From: a virus
IMG/VR virus record: IMGVR_UViG_3300036772_000367
Location: 64,001-128,000 of that record
DNA: 64,000 nucleotides
Strand: one strand, 5' to 3'
How positions within the stretch are numbered: position 1 is the stretch's first letter; every line of letters begins with the position of its first letter. Below are positions 49,876 through 58,987 of the stretch, piece after piece. Position numbers and translations under genes: made by a program. The notes beneath the pieces were generated by a model that did no database searches, was not told the origin of the DNA, and saw only the letters and a list, made by a program, of their open reading frames with translations.

Positions 49876-51201
49876 TCGATCAGGGGCCCATTCCACCAGA
49901 TTTCTGGCGGCATTCACGTCCCGATTGAGGACGAGACCGCAATGATCACAAACATATACTCTGTCCTGGAGGTTCAGCGTGGCTTTAACTGAACCGCATC
50001 GAGAACATACTTTACTGGAAGGAAAAAATCTGTCTACCACGGTCAGGGCAGATCCGTACCACTGGGTCTTGTAGTCCAGTTGGCGGCGGAACTCACCGAA
50101 CGCGGCATCCAGAATCGAGCGCGAAAGACCTGATTTCGCTCGAACATTCTTGCCGGGCTTCTCGACGGTGCCTCGGGCTGAGGCTGTCATGCCGAGTACG
50201 TTCAGATCTTCGATGGCCACGCGCTCGTACTGCGTAGCCAAGTTCTTGGTCAGCCCGTGCAGGAACGATGCTCGTTGCTCGGCGACCTGGTGGTGAATGC
50301 GGCCGACCCGAACTGCCGCACGATGACGTCGTGCAGAGCCCCGTTCGGTCCGACTCAGTCGCCGCTGTGCTGTGCGCAGTCGTGCGGCAGCAGCGCGGAC
50401 GAACCGAGGATTGTTGATCAGGGTGCCGTCCGAGTAGGCGGCCAGGTGCAACAAGCCCACATCGACACCGACGGCACCACGGACACGCTGGGCACGCGTG
50501 GTGGGCCGGAGAACGTGCTCTGCCGGCTCCTTCACCAACACGGCCGCGTACCACTGCGAAGCGCCCCGAGATAGCGCCACGGACTGAATCCGGGCACCCC
50601 TACTCAGGGCACGCACCAGACGCTTCGCCGAGGAGTGCAAGCGAAGCGACCCGAGTCGGGGAACGAGTAGGTGCCGGTATCCATCCGGGCGGATGGTAGG
50701 CGACTTGACATCGTGGTAGATCCGGAATGAGTCGCGCGAGCGACCCTTCTTCTTGAACTTCGGGTAGCCCATCTTCCGGCCTTTGCGTTTGCCGGTGAGG
50801 GAATTCATCCAGTTCTTGAAGGCAGCATCGGCATCGGAGAAGGCCGAGGAGAAGGTGTAGGAGGACACGGTGCGCCACCAGGGGCTGGCACCGTCCTCGC
50901 CGGTCTTCTCGTCGCCTCGGATCTTGATCCACGCACTCTTCATCGTGAAGGCCGTCGGGATCTTGATCGACACCTGCTTGCGGGCGACCTGCTCGTCTAG
51001 GCCCTCGTCCACCAGCGCCTGGACCTGGTCACGCCAGGTCTGATGCACGCCGATCTTCACCGCCAGGGCGTGATTGAATGCCCATCGAGCGGTGCCGGCG
51101 TGCTGTGCCAACGCGGACAGCTGGTTCTGGTTGGGGTCCAGGTTGAAGCGGTACGCGCGGAGGATCGTCGCCGACTCATCGGACTCGGTCATCTCACGCA
51201 C
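49750..51201 (-). CDS. tnpB: RNA-guided endonuclease TnpB (ATG 51192 is better spaced from the RBS)
   Basis: AYRFNLDP HTH, YPKFKKK, RuvC GVDVG / IEDL / RDVNAARN, Zn ribbon CSRC..CDHC; all three catalytic acids present. Confidence 0.95.
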   Translation of the reverse strand: MREMTESDESATILRAYRFNLDPNQNQLSALAQHAGTARWAFNHALAVKIGVHQTWRDQVQALVDEGLDEQVARKQVSIKIPTAFTMKSAWIKIRGDEKTGEDGASPWWRTVSSYTFSSAFSDADAAFKNWMNSLTGKRKGRKMGYPKFKKKGRSRDSFRIYHDVKSPTIRPDGYRHLLVPRLGSLRLHSSAKRLVRALSRGARIQSVALSRGASQWYAAVLVKEPAEHVLRPTTRAQRVRGAVGVDVGLLHLAAYSDGTLINNPRFVRAAAARLRTAQRRLSRTERGSARRHRAAVRVGRIHHQVAEQRASFLHGLTKNLATQYERVAIEDLNVLGMTASARGTVEKPGKNVRAKSGLSRSILDAAFGEFRRQLDYKTQWYGSALTVVDRFFPSSKVCSRCGSVKATLNLQDRVYVCDHCGLVLNRDVNAARNLVEWAPDRSVASGAGETLNARGENVSLTSNGEQSSVKREDHRQMATARK

Positions 51202-51231
51202 CTCCTTCAGTCGCTGGAACCGGTAACACGT

Positions 51232-51260
51232 AATCTACGCATGTCTTCCGCAGAAGTCAA
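51232..51260 (-). promoter_or_regulatory. Sigma70-type promoter of tnpB
   Basis: TTGACT-17-TAGATT, then GAAGGAGG RBS. Confidence 0.7.
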
Positions 51261-51341
51261 ACTACTACGGAGGTAGTTTTCTCTTCCCTCGGAGGTCACT
51301 GGGCTGCTACACTTCCTAAAGACGCCAACCGCACCGGAGGA

Positions 51342-53336
51342 ATGAGCGCCATGAGCTGGAAGTCCGCACAGGCCGCATTGTCCGCAAGCCTGCCCCGCTA
51401 CGAAGACCGCCCCGAGCAGACCCGCCTGGCGACCACTATCGAGCAGACCTTCGCCACGGGCACGCACGAGCTGGCCCAGGCCGGTACGGGCACCGGTAAG
51501 TCCCTCGCCCTGCTGATCCCGGCCATTCAGTACTCCCTGGAGACCGGCGGCCCGGTGGTTGTGGCCACCGCGACCAAGGCCCTTCAGGACCAGTACGCCG
51601 GCAAGGACCTGCCGTTCCTGCGCGAGCACCTGGGTGTCGAGTTCGACTACGCGGTGGTCAAGGGTCGCAGCAACTACATCTGCCTGGCGAAGGCCAACGC
51701 TCTGGCCCCCAACGTGGTGCAGAACCAGGTCGCGCTGCTGGAGGAGTTGATCACCCACAAGACCGGCGACTTCGACGAGCTGGCCACCGTCATGGACCCG
51801 CGTGACAAGCCGCAGCTGACCACCGGTTCGGACGAATGTCCCGGCAAGCGGGACTGCCCCTTTGGTGAGATGTGCTTCGCCGAACAAGCCAAGCAGCGGG
51901 CGCGCGAGGCCAACATCATCGTGGCCAACCACTCGGTGCTGGTGACCGATCTGGCCGTGAAGCAGGCAACGGCGGGACGCGGTTCCCTCCTGCCCGACTA
52001 CGACGCGGTGGCCATCGACGAGGCCCACGAGCTGGAGGACTACACCACCAACGCCATCGGCGGGGAGTTCACCCAGCGCAGCTTCACCGCGTACTCCACC
52101 GAGGTCGCCAGCTTCCTGCACGACCCGAAGATCACCCAGCAGGTCAACGGTGCCGCCCAGCGGCTGTTCACCACGCTGGAGCGGTTCCAGGGCAACGAGA
52201 AGACCCGGAACCTGACCGACATGGCCGTGTTGGACCACGAGTCTGAGTTCATCGCCGCGATCGACGCGCTGCGCACGCTGCGTACGCACGTGGAAGCCGA
52301 AAAGATCGTCGGCAACGACGACGCGGCCGGTCGGCGCAAGCGGTTGCTCAAGCGGGGCAAAAGCCTGATCGACCGGCTGGTGGCCGTGGTGCTGTCGGAC
52401 TCCGAGGACTTGGTTCGCTGGGTGGAGCGCGACGACAAGCGTGGCGTCATCCTGAAGTACGCCCCCCTCTCGGTCGCGAGTTTCCTGCGGGAGAACCTGT
52501 GGCAGCAGGTCAGTTTCCCGGACTCCGACCTGGGCGACAGGCTGCCGGAGGTCACCAACCGGACCGTGATCCTGCTGTCGGCCACCCTGGCGCTGTCCGG
52601 AGACTTCGGCTACATCGCCTCCCGGTTGGGTCTGGACGAGTACAACTCGTTCGACGCCGGCACGCCGTTCAACTACCCGCAGCAGTCGGCCCTCTACGTT
52701 CCGCAGACCGACTTCGATCCCTCGCAGGGTTTCACCTGGCAGGCCAAGATGTCCGCGTCCATCGGTGAGATGGTCAAGGCAGCCGGTGGCCGGGCGCTGC
52801 TGCTGTTCACCTCGCGCACCGCGATGAACGCCGCCTACGACACCACGGCCAACCAGATGGCCGCTGCCGGCCTGACGGTACTGCGCCAGGGTGACAGGCC
52901 CAACCGGCAGCTCGTGGACGAGTTCAAGGCCGATGAGACCTCGGTTCTGTTCGCGCTGAAGTCCTTCATGACCGGTGTGGACGTGCAGGGCGATGCCCTC
53001 CGGCTGGTCGTGATCGACAAGCTGCCCTTCCCGGTGCCCACCGACGTCATCGTCAAGGCCCGTGCCGACGCCGTTGACGCCAAGGCGAGGAACAAGTGGG
53101 TGGATGGTGCCTTCCCCACCCTGACGGTGCCCGCCATGGCGCTGACCCTGATGCAGGCGTTCGGTCGGCTGATCCGGACCCGGGACGACGAGGGTCTCGT
53201 TGCGATCATGGACTCGCGGTTGTACTCCAAGAAGTACGGCAAGAAGATCCTCGCCGCACTGCCGTCGGCCCAGCGGTTGACTACGCTGACCGAGGCGACC
53301 GACTACCTGGCGGAGCTGACCAAGCGTCGGGGCTGA
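51342..53336 (+). CDS. dinG: DinG/YoaA-family helicase with Fe-S cysteines
   Basis: RPEQ, AGTGTGKS, KGRSNYIC, DEAH, SATL, LFTS, GVDV, DKLPF, QAFGRLIR. Confidence 0.92.
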   Translation: MSAMSWKSAQAALSASLPRYEDRPEQTRLATTIEQTFATGTHELAQAGTGTGKSLALLIPAIQYSLETGGPVVVATATKALQDQYAGKDLPFLREHLGVEFDYAVVKGRSNYICLAKANALAPNVVQNQVALLEELITHKTGDFDELATVMDPRDKPQLTTGSDECPGKRDCPFGEMCFAEQAKQRAREANIIVANHSVLVTDLAVKQATAGRGSLLPDYDAVAIDEAHELEDYTTNAIGGEFTQRSFTAYSTEVASFLHDPKITQQVNGAAQRLFTTLERFQGNEKTRNLTDMAVLDHESEFIAAIDALRTLRTHVEAEKIVGNDDAAGRRKRLLKRGKSLIDRLVAVVLSDSEDLVRWVERDDKRGVILKYAPLSVASFLRENLWQQVSFPDSDLGDRLPEVTNRTVILLSATLALSGDFGYIASRLGLDEYNSFDAGTPFNYPQQSALYVPQTDFDPSQGFTWQAKMSASIGEMVKAAGGRALLLFTSRTAMNAAYDTTANQMAAAGLTVLRQGDRPNRQLVDEFKADETSVLFALKSFMTGVDVQGDALRLVVIDKLPFPVPTDVIVKARADAVDAKARNKWVDGAFPTLTVPAMALTLMQAFGRLIRTRDDEGLVAIMDSRLYSKKYGKKILAALPSAQRLTTLTEATDYLAELTKRRG

Positions 53337-53378
53337 CACACACACGATCTTCCTTTACACTCGGCGACAGGAGAAATC

Positions 53379-53413
53379 CTGTCGCCTTTCTTTGTCTTCC
53401 CTTCGAGGAATGA
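53379..53413 (+). promoter_or_regulatory. Putative late promoter motif (variant)
   Basis: CTGTC-N21-GAGGAATGA. Confidence 0.5.
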
Positions 53414-53436
53414 CACTGCTCCTGTAAAGGAATACG

Positions 53437-54366
53437 ATGATTGCTACGTGGGTTGATGCCGACAATACTTTGTCTGGAACAACGTTGGTGGCGGCGAAGA
53501 TTTATGGTGCACTGCGCTACGTCGGCATCGGTACCGGTCCGAAACGCATGACGGTTGCTGAACGAAATGACTTGACCGCACATAGCATTACGGTATTCGG
53601 TATTGCCGAATCCACCGTCACGGAGGCGGATAACGGTTACAACGCTGGTGTTCGCGATGCCCAGGCGGTGCTTGCGGATCCGGCTAGTGTTGGATTGCAA
53701 TACATCTTCGCCGTTAATGATAAACCCACTTATATTCAAAGCGACGTGGACTACGTGCGTGGCTTCGCGTCTGTGCTTGGTACCAGGGCCAGTGCATATG
53801 GATTCGCCTCCTTTCTGGTCGCTGTGCGGACCCAGACGCCTGTATCTTTGTACTGGCAGGCGGGTCTCCCTCCGAATATGACTGGTACCCAGTCTTTTGT
53901 GCATTTCTGGCAACGACAAGGCACCAGCGGTAACGGTTCGGACGGACCGGCCAACCCGACGACTGCGGTCATTGGTGGCGTGACCTGCGATCTGAACAAT
54001 CAACTTCTGGAGGTAGTCGTGACCCAACCCGCAGATATCTGGAGCTACGCGATTCCCAATCCGTTGTTCGACTCGACTGTCACCGACTCGGCTGACGTCC
54101 GTAGCCACAAGGCATATACGGCCGCGCAATTCTTGGTGGGTGACTGGCGTAACGATCTTCAGACCCAGCAGACCGTGAGTGCCAACCAGGTGGCGTTGCT
54201 GTCGGCTCTCAAGACGTTGCCTACGGGTGGCCAGGTGGACGTCCCGACGTTGGTAGCGGCATTGGCAGCCCCGCTGGAGGCTGCGCTGGCCCCCCTCCTT
54301 CCGCAAGGCGTTACGGCAGCTCAAATGGCGCACGAGCTGGGCGCGGCGTTGGACGCGGCGAAGTAG
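53437..54366 (+). CDS. Endolysin with a GH25-like (DUF1906-type) glycoside hydrolase domain
   Basis: GALRYV...KRMTVAE...GVRDAQA...IFAVND...YVRGFASVLG...AYG...YWQ...GVTCDLN. Confidence 0.75.
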   Translation: MIATWVDADNTLSGTTLVAAKIYGALRYVGIGTGPKRMTVAERNDLTAHSITVFGIAESTVTEADNGYNAGVRDAQAVLADPASVGLQYIFAVNDKPTYIQSDVDYVRGFASVLGTRASAYGFASFLVAVRTQTPVSLYWQAGLPPNMTGTQSFVHFWQRQGTSGNGSDGPANPTTAVIGGVTCDLNNQLLEVVVTQPADIWSYAIPNPLFDSTVTDSADVRSHKAYTAAQFLVGDWRNDLQTQQTVSANQVALLSALKTLPTGGQVDVPTLVAALAAPLEAALAPLLPQGVTAAQMAHELGAALDAAK

Positions 54367-54511
54367 CACATTACTGTCTACTTCGTACTGAGAACTCTCA
54401 GGATGAGGTAGTTGACGGAGACGGGGCACGGAGCACTACGATGTCGTCATACCGATCGTGGTACGAGTACCCCTACTTCGACTGAGATCGCCACTACATC
54501 AAAGGGGAATA

Positions 54512-54802
54512 ATGAGTACGCCTACTAGCGGTTCCACGCCTGCCCAGGAAGTCGAGAAGCAAGCTCTTTCCAAGGTTCATCAATTCTTCGACGAGATCGA
54601 ATCCAAGGCGAAGAATGCTCTGGGAATATTGTCCAGCGACGCACAGGCTCTGCTCGCGAAGCTGCGCAATCAAGTCCACCAGGACGTCCAGCTGGGTACC
54701 GATCAGGTCAAGCAGGACATCACGCAGGGCAGCACTGACGTCCAGCAGGCTGTTGCCCCGGCCGCTACCGACAACGCTCCCACGGCCACTCCTCAGTCCT
54801 GA
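54512..54802 (+). CDS. Hypothetical protein
   Basis: AAGGGG RBS; helical. Confidence 0.65.
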   Translation: MSTPTSGSTPAQEVEKQALSKVHQFFDEIESKAKNALGILSSDAQALLAKLRNQVHQDVQLGTDQVKQDITQGSTDVQQAVAPAATDNAPTATPQS

Positions 54803-55137
54803 TGACCAGCGGTTTTCAGCAGTTGCCCGCGAAGGGTCTCATGGCGAGTGAACCGGCGCTCACCACGAGCGGCGGCGTCATGTTCTGCACGTTGATCATC
54901 AACGCGCTGGTGTCCTACGGGCTGCCCGTCACGTTGGACTTGAAGATCCTTTTGGTGTCAGTGGTGGGCATCCTGGGGCCGATGGTGAGCGGAGTGATCA
55001 CTCGCAGCCGGGTGTTCAGCCCTACGGCGATCAACGAACTGCAAAAAGGCTGGTCACAGGTGGTGGACAGTACCTCTAAGGCTGATCCGACCACCTCGGT
55101 CGTCCAACCAAGCACACCGCAGAGGCCAGCAACGTAA
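54802..55137 (+). CDS. Holin-like protein
   Basis: SEPA...two TM helices...RSRVFSP; near the endolysin gene. Confidence 0.65.
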   Translation: MTSGFQQLPAKGLMASEPALTTSGGVMFCTLIINALVSYGLPVTLDLKILLVSVVGILGPMVSGVITRSRVFSPTAINELQKGWSQVVDSTSKADPTTSVVQPSTPQRPAT

Positions 55138-55150
55138 CACGGAGTCACGA

Positions 55151-55176
55151 AGCCGCCACTCTCCTGGGTGGCGGCT
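55151..55176 (+). terminator. Hairpin terminator
   Basis: agccgccact...ggtggcggct. Confidence 0.6.
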
Positions 55177-55274
55177 CTCTCCATGTCTGTAGCAAGAAAT
55201 CTTGATACGATGTCCTCAGTCAGCTACCCTTGGGGTGACCGACTACGACGATCGAATCCGCACAGGAGGAAGCA

Positions 55275-55979
55275 ATGACGACGGCAGTAGAAATCGCTGC
55301 GAGCAAGGTGACCACGCTACTGGCTACGCCCGGTACGAAGTGGAGCGACCTGGTCAAGGCCCTGGTCACGGTCGCCGAGGAGCAGGCGGTGGAGACCGTC
55401 GAGTCCGAGGTGAGGTTGCCGGAGCCAGTCTTCCTCTCCGAGCGGGAGAAGGAGGCTCTGGCCATCCTGGAGGCCCGCGTGGATGCCACAGGTTGGCCGA
55501 AGGCCCGCAAGGAACTGACCAGCTTCCAGCGCACCTCGATGATCAAGCTGTTGTCCTCCACGAAGGTCCTCAAGGACCTGGTGGAACGGATCGAAGCGCA
55601 GACCAAGATCGCCGCTTGGAACCACCTGGACGTCGAACTGGAGAAGTCCGACGAGTTCGACGAGGAGAACACCCAGCGTGACAAGTGGGGTTACTACGCG
55701 GTCAGAGGCTCGATCGAGGACCCACAGACCGGTCTGCGTATCGACAGGGACGTCCGTGCGGCCAGCGCCAAGCTCACCGCTGAAGATCTGGCCACGTTGG
55801 AGACCGACGGCGTCATCACGCACGCCGAGTTCTTGGACTTGACCGCGCCGGCACGGGTCATCGAGCCCACGAAGTTCATGCACGCGTTGAGCAAGGATCG
55901 CACTCTCGTCACCCGGATCGCCTCGGCTACGCAGGCGGGCACCCCGAGCAACGCGATGGTGCTCCGAGGAAAGGACTGA
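55275..55979 (+). CDS. Hypothetical protein
   Basis: AGGAGG RBS; TTGATA-17-TACCCT promoter at 55202. Confidence 0.8.
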   Translation: MTTAVEIAASKVTTLLATPGTKWSDLVKALVTVAEEQAVETVESEVRLPEPVFLSEREKEALAILEARVDATGWPKARKELTSFQRTSMIKLLSSTKVLKDLVERIEAQTKIAAWNHLDVELEKSDEFDEENTQRDKWGYYAVRGSIEDPQTGLRIDRDVRAASAKLTAEDLATLETDGVITHAEFLDLTAPARVIEPTKFMHALSKDRTLVTRIASATQAGTPSNAMVLRGKD

Positions 55980-55984
55980 TCCAT

Positions 55985-56359
55985 ATGGTGACATCGCAAC
56001 CGCTGATCATGGCGGATCCCGAATTGCTGACTCCGCCGAATCAGCAACTGTGGACCACTCCCCGGATGTTGGACGAGCGCCGGATGTGGCCTACCTATTC
56101 GCCGCACGAGGTGGCCCACTGTTTCTTCGGTTTCACGACCGCGTGGCTTCGTAAGCATTTGCAGTCGGGCAAACACATCACGCAGCAGTGGGGCGAGATC
56201 GAGCCGCCCCGTACGGAGTCGGGTCGGATGCAGTTCCGCTTGTACGACGTCGAGCGGCTGGCGTACTCCTTCTTCGAGAATAATGTGATCACTGGCCAGC
56301 GTCTGGGTCAGGTCGTGCACCTCGTGAAGATCCACGCCCAGATGCACCGATTCATGTGA
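55985..56359 (+). CDS. MerR-like HTH DNA-binding protein
   Basis: YSPHEVAHCFFG..TAWLR...RTESGRMQFRLYDVERL. Confidence 0.7.
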   Translation: MVTSQPLIMADPELLTPPNQQLWTTPRMLDERRMWPTYSPHEVAHCFFGFTTAWLRKHLQSGKHITQQWGEIEPPRTESGRMQFRLYDVERLAYSFFENNVITGQRLGQVVHLVKIHAQMHRFM

Positions 56360-56369
56360 GGGATCGAGG

Positions 56370-56591
56370 ATGAAGGAGCTGCGCGTGCTCCTCGATGACG
56401 AGGAGCACAAGGTCATGATGCTGCTGCTGGCGCTACGCGAGCAGGAGCAGGCCGATGAAGAAGACACCATCAGTCCGGCTTTGATCGAGCTAGGCGACCG
56501 AGACCCCTTCTTGATCAAGACGTTGGAGGCAGTCTCGGCTCTATTGGACTACGTCAAGGAAAAGATCCATGCCGACACCACTGATGGATAA
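56370..56591 (+). CDS. Hypothetical protein
   Basis: GAGG RBS; coupled. Confidence 0.6.
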   Translation: MKELRVLLDDEEHKVMMLLLALREQEQADEEDTISPALIELGDRDPFLIKTLEAVSALLDYVKEKIHADTTDG

Positions 56592-57039
56592 GCCCGAGGG
56601 CCAGATCCAGATCTGTGGTTACCGACTGGCGACCGGTCCGCTGTGTCACGCCGACACGGTGGACCGGTGGTGTGCTCACCACTCACAGGAGCAGTTCCTG
56701 ACGTGTTGCTCCTGCGGGGAGCCCGCGCTCCAGGAATGCCCTGCGTTCACGACGGCGGCCCAGATTCGCTGTGGGATGCCGCTGTGTGAGCGCTGCGAGC
56801 ACAAGCTCGGCGTAGGGCATGTACGGCGCCGCTCGGCCGTGGAGGTAGCCCGAGATGAGCTGGCTGCCGCCCTGCTCCTCGCGCTACGCGAGGCCGCACA
56901 CCGGCAGCTCGTGAGTTTCACCGAGGCCAACGGCCACCAACTGGCGACCTGGCTGATTGATCAATTGACGACGAGCATCACACTGAAGATGTTGAGCGGA
57001 TTGGCGACACCCCCTGATGCAGAACGACAAACCCATTAG
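56569..57039 (+). CDS. Cys-rich Zn-binding hypothetical protein
   Basis: Multiple C/H pairs: WCAHH, CCSCG, LCERCEH. Confidence 0.65.
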   Translation: MPTPLMDKPEGQIQICGYRLATGPLCHADTVDRWCAHHSQEQFLTCCSCGEPALQECPAFTTAAQIRCGMPLCERCEHKLGVGHVRRRSAVEVARDELAAALLLALREAAHRQLVSFTEANGHQLATWLIDQLTTSITLKMLSGLATPPDAERQTH

Positions 57040-58009
57040 TTATCTTTTGGTTGACGGTAATAATTTGCTGATGCGTGCCATCTACGCCACGCTTCAGTCC
57101 GGCATGGAAGTGGGAGGAATCAATACTGGCGGCCTACTGGTCTTCATCAATACGCTGACCAAACACATTCGTGAGACCAAAGCGACGCATGTCGGTGTCG
57201 CGTGGGACATGGTTGGTGGCTCGCATCGCCGCAGTATTGACTCTCAGTATAAGGTCAATCGACAGCTCGGGCCGACTGCGCAGCAGAAGAAGCTCATCTT
57301 TCCATTGGTGAAGGAATTTTGCACGCTGGCGGGAATCACCCAGTACGAACTGGAAGGTTGGGAGGCTGACGATATCGTCGCCGGTTGGTGGGCCGATACC
57401 TGGCACGAACTTACCGACAATAAGGCGACTGATCCGGTCATTATCATCTTGTCCTCGGACAAGGATTTCTTGCAACTGCTGGGTGACAACCCGCATGGTC
57501 TGCGCACCGTCCAGCTTCGACTGTCCTCGTTTCAGACCGACACGGACATGTGGACGGCCACGCGGGTCCAGGAGATCTATGGCTGCCAGCCTCGGCAGTT
57601 GCCAATGATGATGGCCTTCATGGGAGACTTGGCCGATAATGTCACCGGCATTCGTGGGATCGGCCCCAAGAAGGCCAAGAAGCTGCTGGAGACCCATAAC
57701 TGGGACTTCCATCGAACGGTGGATTCTCTGCTGGTGGCCGACGATCAGGATCGTGTGCGGCGCAATCTGTCTCTGGTGAATCTGCGCGAGGTCCGGTTTG
57801 AGCAAACGCCGTCGGAGACTCTGCATTTCATTCCGCCCAACGAGGGTACTCCTCGATACCAGCGACTGATGTCCTTCTGCACGGCGTGGCAGCTGGAGTC
57901 GGTAGTGCATCGACTCCCTACCGCGCTGTGGGAGAACTCGGAGCCCACCAAGTCGTTGCCGGGCAAGCACTTTGAGGTCCCCACCACGTCCGCGTCACCC
58001 TTGCCCTAA
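57017..58009 (+). CDS. 5'-3' exonuclease (flap endonuclease)
   Basis: LLVDGNN, YKVNR, EADDIV, SSDKDFLQL, GD.ADNVTGIRGIGPKKA. Confidence 0.92.
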   Translation: MQNDKPISYLLVDGNNLLMRAIYATLQSGMEVGGINTGGLLVFINTLTKHIRETKATHVGVAWDMVGGSHRRSIDSQYKVNRQLGPTAQQKKLIFPLVKEFCTLAGITQYELEGWEADDIVAGWWADTWHELTDNKATDPVIIILSSDKDFLQLLGDNPHGLRTVQLRLSSFQTDTDMWTATRVQEIYGCQPRQLPMMMAFMGDLADNVTGIRGIGPKKAKKLLETHNWDFHRTVDSLLVADDQDRVRRNLSLVNLREVRFEQTPSETLHFIPPNEGTPRYQRLMSFCTAWQLESVVHRLPTALWENSEPTKSLPGKHFEVPTTSASPLP

Positions 58010-58099
58010 GCTGCGTGATCAGCTACCGTCGAGCGGTCCTATCTACTGGACCTACTCGGTATCGGCATGACCGAGCCGTTACAGTGATCAACTGCATGA

Positions 58100-58141
58100 C
58101 GGCTTCGCCCGGTCTCTCTGGCCGAGCCGGGCGGAGCCGTT
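58100..58141 (+). terminator. GC-rich hairpin
   Basis: acggcttcgcccgg...ccgggcggagccgt. Confidence 0.5.
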
Positions 58142-58170
58142 GCATCTGTTAGGGGAGGGTCGCGCGAGTA

Positions 58171-58551
58171 GTGATGGATCTACAGCGACCGCTCGATGTC
58201 GACCAGCAGCCTCGACGTGAGGCGCTCCCCATGACGCGACGCCAACTGTTCCAAACAGTCAAAAGTGGACAGAGAATTACTTTCTCTGTCTTCGATGCAG
58301 ATCCAGTGACCGGCTACCTTGCTGGCATTGACGATGACCATTTCTTTGTGTTGGAGCCAGAACACAATAGTGGATTCCATAAAAAGGTCATTCGCGAGGG
58401 ATGTTGCCCTGTCTTCCTGATTCATCCGGAGCCATCTTTTGATGATGAGCCGGACAAAGAAGAAATGGAAAGAATCATCAGCCCCTTTCGGTCGTGGGTA
58501 TTGTCACAGATATATGGTCAGAAATCACGGTCTGAAAGGGATGTCGCATGA
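58171..58551 (+). CDS. Hypothetical protein
   Basis: VTGYLAGIDD motif; ATGA coupling. Confidence 0.7.
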   Translation: MMDLQRPLDVDQQPRREALPMTRRQLFQTVKSGQRITFSVFDADPVTGYLAGIDDDHFFVLEPEHNSGFHKKVIREGCCPVFLIHPEPSFDDEPDKEEMERIISPFRSWVLSQIYGQKSRSERDVA

Positions 58552-58946
58552 TCAATTTTGACACTGAACTGGATCAGGCCGGAGTCTCCCGACTCATTCG
58601 CGAGACAGTGCCCGTTGTTACCGACACCATCAGGATCACTCCCCGCCGAGAGACGCGTACGACGCATGTGCAACGGCCGTCAGCGCAGTGGACATGGGAG
58701 GATCTACGCAGCTATGTAGTTAGTCAACTCGAACAGCATTTCGGTGCCTTCCCTCGGGACCCCTTGAAGGAGAAGGCTATCTTCACCGGATTCCTGAGTC
58801 GGTGGGGTGAGAAGGCCGGTCCCATCGCGGAGTTCGTTTTCGAGTTGCAAGACGGCATGTGGAAGGGTGCGCCCATGTCCGTCTATCGATTCTGCCGCAA
58901 TTCTGATCCTTACTTTGCTCAACCCATCGCCGATCGTCTCAGCTAA
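58548..58946 (+). CDS. Hypothetical protein upstream of the helicase loader
   Basis: WTWEDLRSYVV...EKAIF.GFLSRWG...SDPYFA. Confidence 0.75.
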   Translation: MINFDTELDQAGVSRLIRETVPVVTDTIRITPRRETRTTHVQRPSAQWTWEDLRSYVVSQLEQHFGAFPRDPLKEKAIFTGFLSRWGEKAGPIAEFVFELQDGMWKGAPMSVYRFCRNSDPYFAQPIADRLS

Positions 58947-58987
58947 ACGGACCCCTTTTCATATGCCTCGTCACAGAGGGGCTACCC

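Noticed and set aside
46410-53336. Complete type I-E or type IV CRISPR-Cas locus
   Set aside because: No recognisable cas1, cas3, cas5, cas6, cas7 or csf genes in the window.
51207-53345. 712-aa - strand ORF
   Set aside because: Antisense shadow of dinG caused by GC3 bias; the same applies to many other antisense ORFs in the track.
54374-54408. Tenth late promoter motif
   Set aside because: CTGTC is present but the spacing and downstream box deviate from the consensus.
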